A DNA stretch of 64,000 nucleotides, taken from NCBI RefSeq assembly GCF_009914755.1, contig NC_060932.1. One strand, written 5' to 3'. The stretch is from the human T2T-CHM13v2.0 reference genome, Homo sapiens. Position numbers and translations under genes: made by a program. The notes under the pieces are model-generated. The model saw only the letters and a program-made list of their open reading frames with translations. It was not told the DNA's origin and did not search any database. Shown here piece after piece: positions 61,441 through 64,000 of the stretch. Every line of letters starts with the position of its first letter. Position 1 is the first letter of the stretch.

Positions 61441-62427
61441 TGGTGGCAGCCAAGATGGCCGAATAGGAACAGCTCTGGTCTACAGCTCCCAGTGTGAGCA
61501 ACGCAGAAGATGGGTGATTTCTGCATTTCCATCTGAGGTACTGGGTTCATCTCACTAGGGAGTGCCAGACAGTGGGCGCAGGACAGTGGGTGCGGCACAC
61601 TGTGCGTGAGCTGAAGCAGGGCGAGGCATTGCCTCACTCGGGAAGTGCAAGGAGTCAGGGAGTTCCCTTTCCTACTCAAAGAAAGGGGTGACAGACGACG
61701 GGCTTAAAAAATGGCGCACCAGGAGATTATATCCCGCACATGACTTGGAGGGTCCTATGCTCATGGAGTCTCACTGATTGCTAGCACAGCAGTCTGAGAT
61801 CAAACTGCAAGGCAGCAGCAAGGCTGGGGGAGGGGTGCCCGCCATTGCCCAGGCTTGCTTAGGTAAACAAAGCAGCTGGGAAGCTCAAACTGGGTGGATC
61901 CCACCACAGCTCAAGGAGGCCTGCCTGCCTCTGTAGGCTCCACCTCTGGGGGCAGGGCACAGACAAACAAAAAGACAGCAGTAACCTCTGCAGACTTAAA
62001 TGTCCCTCTCTGACAGCTTTGAAGAGACCAGTGGTTCTCCTAGCACGCAGCTGGAGATCTGAGAACGGGCAGACTGCCTCCTCAAGTGGGTCCCTGACCC
62101 CTGACCCCCAAGCAGCCTAACTGGGAGCCACACCCCAGTAGGGGCAGACTGACACCTCACAGGGCCGGGTACTCCTCTGAGACAGAACTTCCAGAGGAAC
62201 AATCAGACAGCAGCATTCACGGTTCACAAAAATCCACTGTTATGCAGCCACGGCACTGATACCCAGGAAAACAGGGTCTGGAGTGGACCTCTAGCAAACT
62301 CCAACAGACCTGCAGCTGAGGGTCCTGTCTGTTAGAAGGAAAACTAACAAACAGAAAGCACATCCACACCAAAAACCCATCTGTACATCACCATCATCAA
62401 AGACCAAAAGTAGATAAAACCACAAAG
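61441..62427 (+). promoter_or_regulatory. L1 5'UTR sense promoter (YY1 site 61451-61461) and leftward antisense promoter region
   Basis: CAAGATGGCCG intact; ACAAA SOX-type motifs near 61865 and 61965; many CpGs decayed to TpG/CpA. Confidence 0.75.
61771..61845 (-). pseudogene. L1 ORF0, truncated to 24 aa
   Basis: MAGTPPPALLLPCSLISDCCASNQ* (CGA>TGA at codon 25). Confidence 0.85.
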
Positions 62428-63445
62428 ATGGGGAAAAAACAGAGCAGAAAAAATGGAAACTCTAAAAAGCACAGTGCCTCTCCTCCTCCAAAGGAATGCA
62501 GCTCCTCACCAGCAATGGAACAAAGCTGGACGGAGAATGACTTTGACTAGTTGAGAGAAGAAGGCTTCAGACGATCAAACTACTCTGAGCTACAGGAGGA
62601 AATTTAAACCAAAGGCAAAGAAGTTAAAAACTTTGAAAAAAATTTAGACGAAGGTATAACTAGAATAACCAATACAGAGAAGTGCTTAAAGGAGCGGATG
62701 AAGCTGAAAGCCAAGGCTCGAGAACTACGTGAAGAATGCAGAAGCCTCAGGAGCCAATGCGATCAACTGGAAGAAAGGGTATCAGTGACGGAAGATGAAA
62801 TGAATGAAATGAAACGAGAAGGGACGTTTAGAGAAAAAATAAATAAAAAGAAATGAACAAAGCCTCCAAGAAATATGGGACTATGTGAAAAGACCAAATC
62901 TACATCTGATTGGTGTACCTGAAAGCGATGGGGAGAATGGAACCAAGTTGGAAAACACTCTGCAGGATATTATCCAGGAGAACTTCCCCAATCTAGCAAG
63001 GCAGGCCAACATTCAGATTCAGGAAATACAGAGAATGCCACAAAGATACTCCTCAAGAAGAGCAACTCCAAGACACATAATTGTCAGATTCACCAAAGTT
63101 GAAATGAAGGAAAAAATGTTAAGGGCAGCCAGAGAGAAAGGCCGGGTTACCCACAAAGGGAAGCCCATCAGACTAACAGCAGATCTCTCGGCAGAAACTC
63201 TATAAGCCAGAAGAGAGTAGGGGCCAATATTCAACATTCTTAAAGAAAAGAATTTTCAACCCAGAATTTCATATCCAGCCAAACTAAGCTTCACAAGTGA
63301 AGGAGAAATAGAATACTTTACAGAGAAGCATATGCTGAGAGATTTTGTCACCACCAGGCCTGCCCTAAAAGAGCTCCTGAAGGAAGCATTAAACATGGAA
63401 AGGAACAACTGGTACCAGCCACTGCAAAATCATGCCAAAATGTAC
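62428..63445 (+). pseudogene. L1 ORF1p, inactivated
   Basis: ATGGGGAAAAAACAGAGC start; TAG at codon 41 (62548-62550); later frame KRPNLHLIGVPESDGENGTKLENTLQDIIQENFPNLARQ ends in a premature stop at 63205. Confidence 0.93.
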
Positions 63446-63508
63446 AGACCATCAAGACTAGGAAGAAACTGCATCAACTAACGAGCAAAATCACCAGCTA
63501 ACATCATA

Positions 63509-64000
63509 ATGACAGGATCAAATTCACACATAACAATATTAACTTTAAATGTAAATGGACTAAATGCTCCAATTAAAAGACACAGACTGGCAAATTGGAT
63601 AAAGAGTCAAGACCCATCAGTGTGCTGTATTCAGGAAACCCATCTCATGTGCAGAAACATACATAGGCTCAAAATGAAAGGATGGAGGAAGATCTACCAA
63701 GCAAATGGAAGACAAAAAAAGGCAGGGGTTGCAATCCTGGTCTCTGATAAAACAGACTTTAAACCAACAAAGATCAAAAGAGACAAAGAAGGCCATTACA
63801 TAATGGTAAAGGGATCAATTCAACAAGAAGAGCTAACTATCCTAAATATATATGCACCCAATACAGGAGCACCCAGATTCATAAAGCAAGTTCTGAGTGA
63901 TCTACAAAGAGACTTAGACTCCCACACAATAATAATGGGAGACTTTAACACCCCACTGTCAACATTAGACAGATCAATGAGACAGAAAGTTAACAAGGAT
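63509..64000 (+). CDS. L1 ORF2p endonuclease domain N-terminus, open for all 164 codons visible (partial)
   Basis: MTGSNSHITILTLNVNGLN...CCIQETH...ILNIYAPN...IMGDFNTPLSTLDRS; no stop before the window end, so absent from the ORF track. Confidence 0.75.
   Translation, partial: MTGSNSHITILTLNVNGLNAPIKRHRLANWIKSQDPSVCCIQETHLMCRNIHRLKMKGWRKIYQANGRQKKAGVAILVSDKTDFKPTKIKRDKEGHYIMVKGSIQQEELTILNIYAPNTGAPRFIKQVLSDLQRDLDSHTIIMGDFNTPLSTLDRSMRQKVNKD

Larger units (their letters stand above)
61441..64000 (+). mobile_element. L1PA3/L1PA4 with intact 5' terminus (5'UTR, ORF1, start of ORF2); runs off the window
   Basis: GCCAAGATGGCCGAATAGGAACAGCTC start; retains the ~129-bp 5'UTR segment absent from L1HS/L1PA2; ORF1 at 62428, ORF2 at 63509. 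Confidence 0.97.

Overview
Primate (human-like) genomic DNA that is AT-rich and mostly interspersed repeat. I recognise no host protein-coding gene, RNA gene or processed pseudogene. The ORFs in the supplied track are decayed LINE-1 ORF1/ORF2 pieces, Alu-derived frames or chance frames. Main content: (i) large + strand LINE-1s: an L1PA 3' half at 1-2.7 kb, a near full-length ancient L1MD-like copy at 29.4-36.6 kb, a 5'-truncated L1MA at 42.4-46.2 kb, and a three-level nest L1M <- L1M2/L1MA <- L1PA3/4 at 48.8-64 kb; (ii) about 14 Alu/FLAM copies, many with readable TSDs; (iii) MaLR/ERVL solo LTRs (MLT1A/B/C, MSTB, MER21, MLT2); (iv) DNA transposons (MER8 and a full-length HSMAR2 mariner); (v) many MIR/L2 relics. 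Unique sequence holds an RFX/CRE/E-box motif cluster at 15.65-15.9 kb and a series of well-formed minus-strand exon candidates. These may belong to a spliced non-coding transcript, possibly driven by the leftward L1PA antisense promoter (inference only). I find no convincing evidence of a wholly new biological system. Subfamily names come from recalled consensus sequences and need RepeatMasker/Dfam confirmation; MIR/L2 boundaries are approximate.
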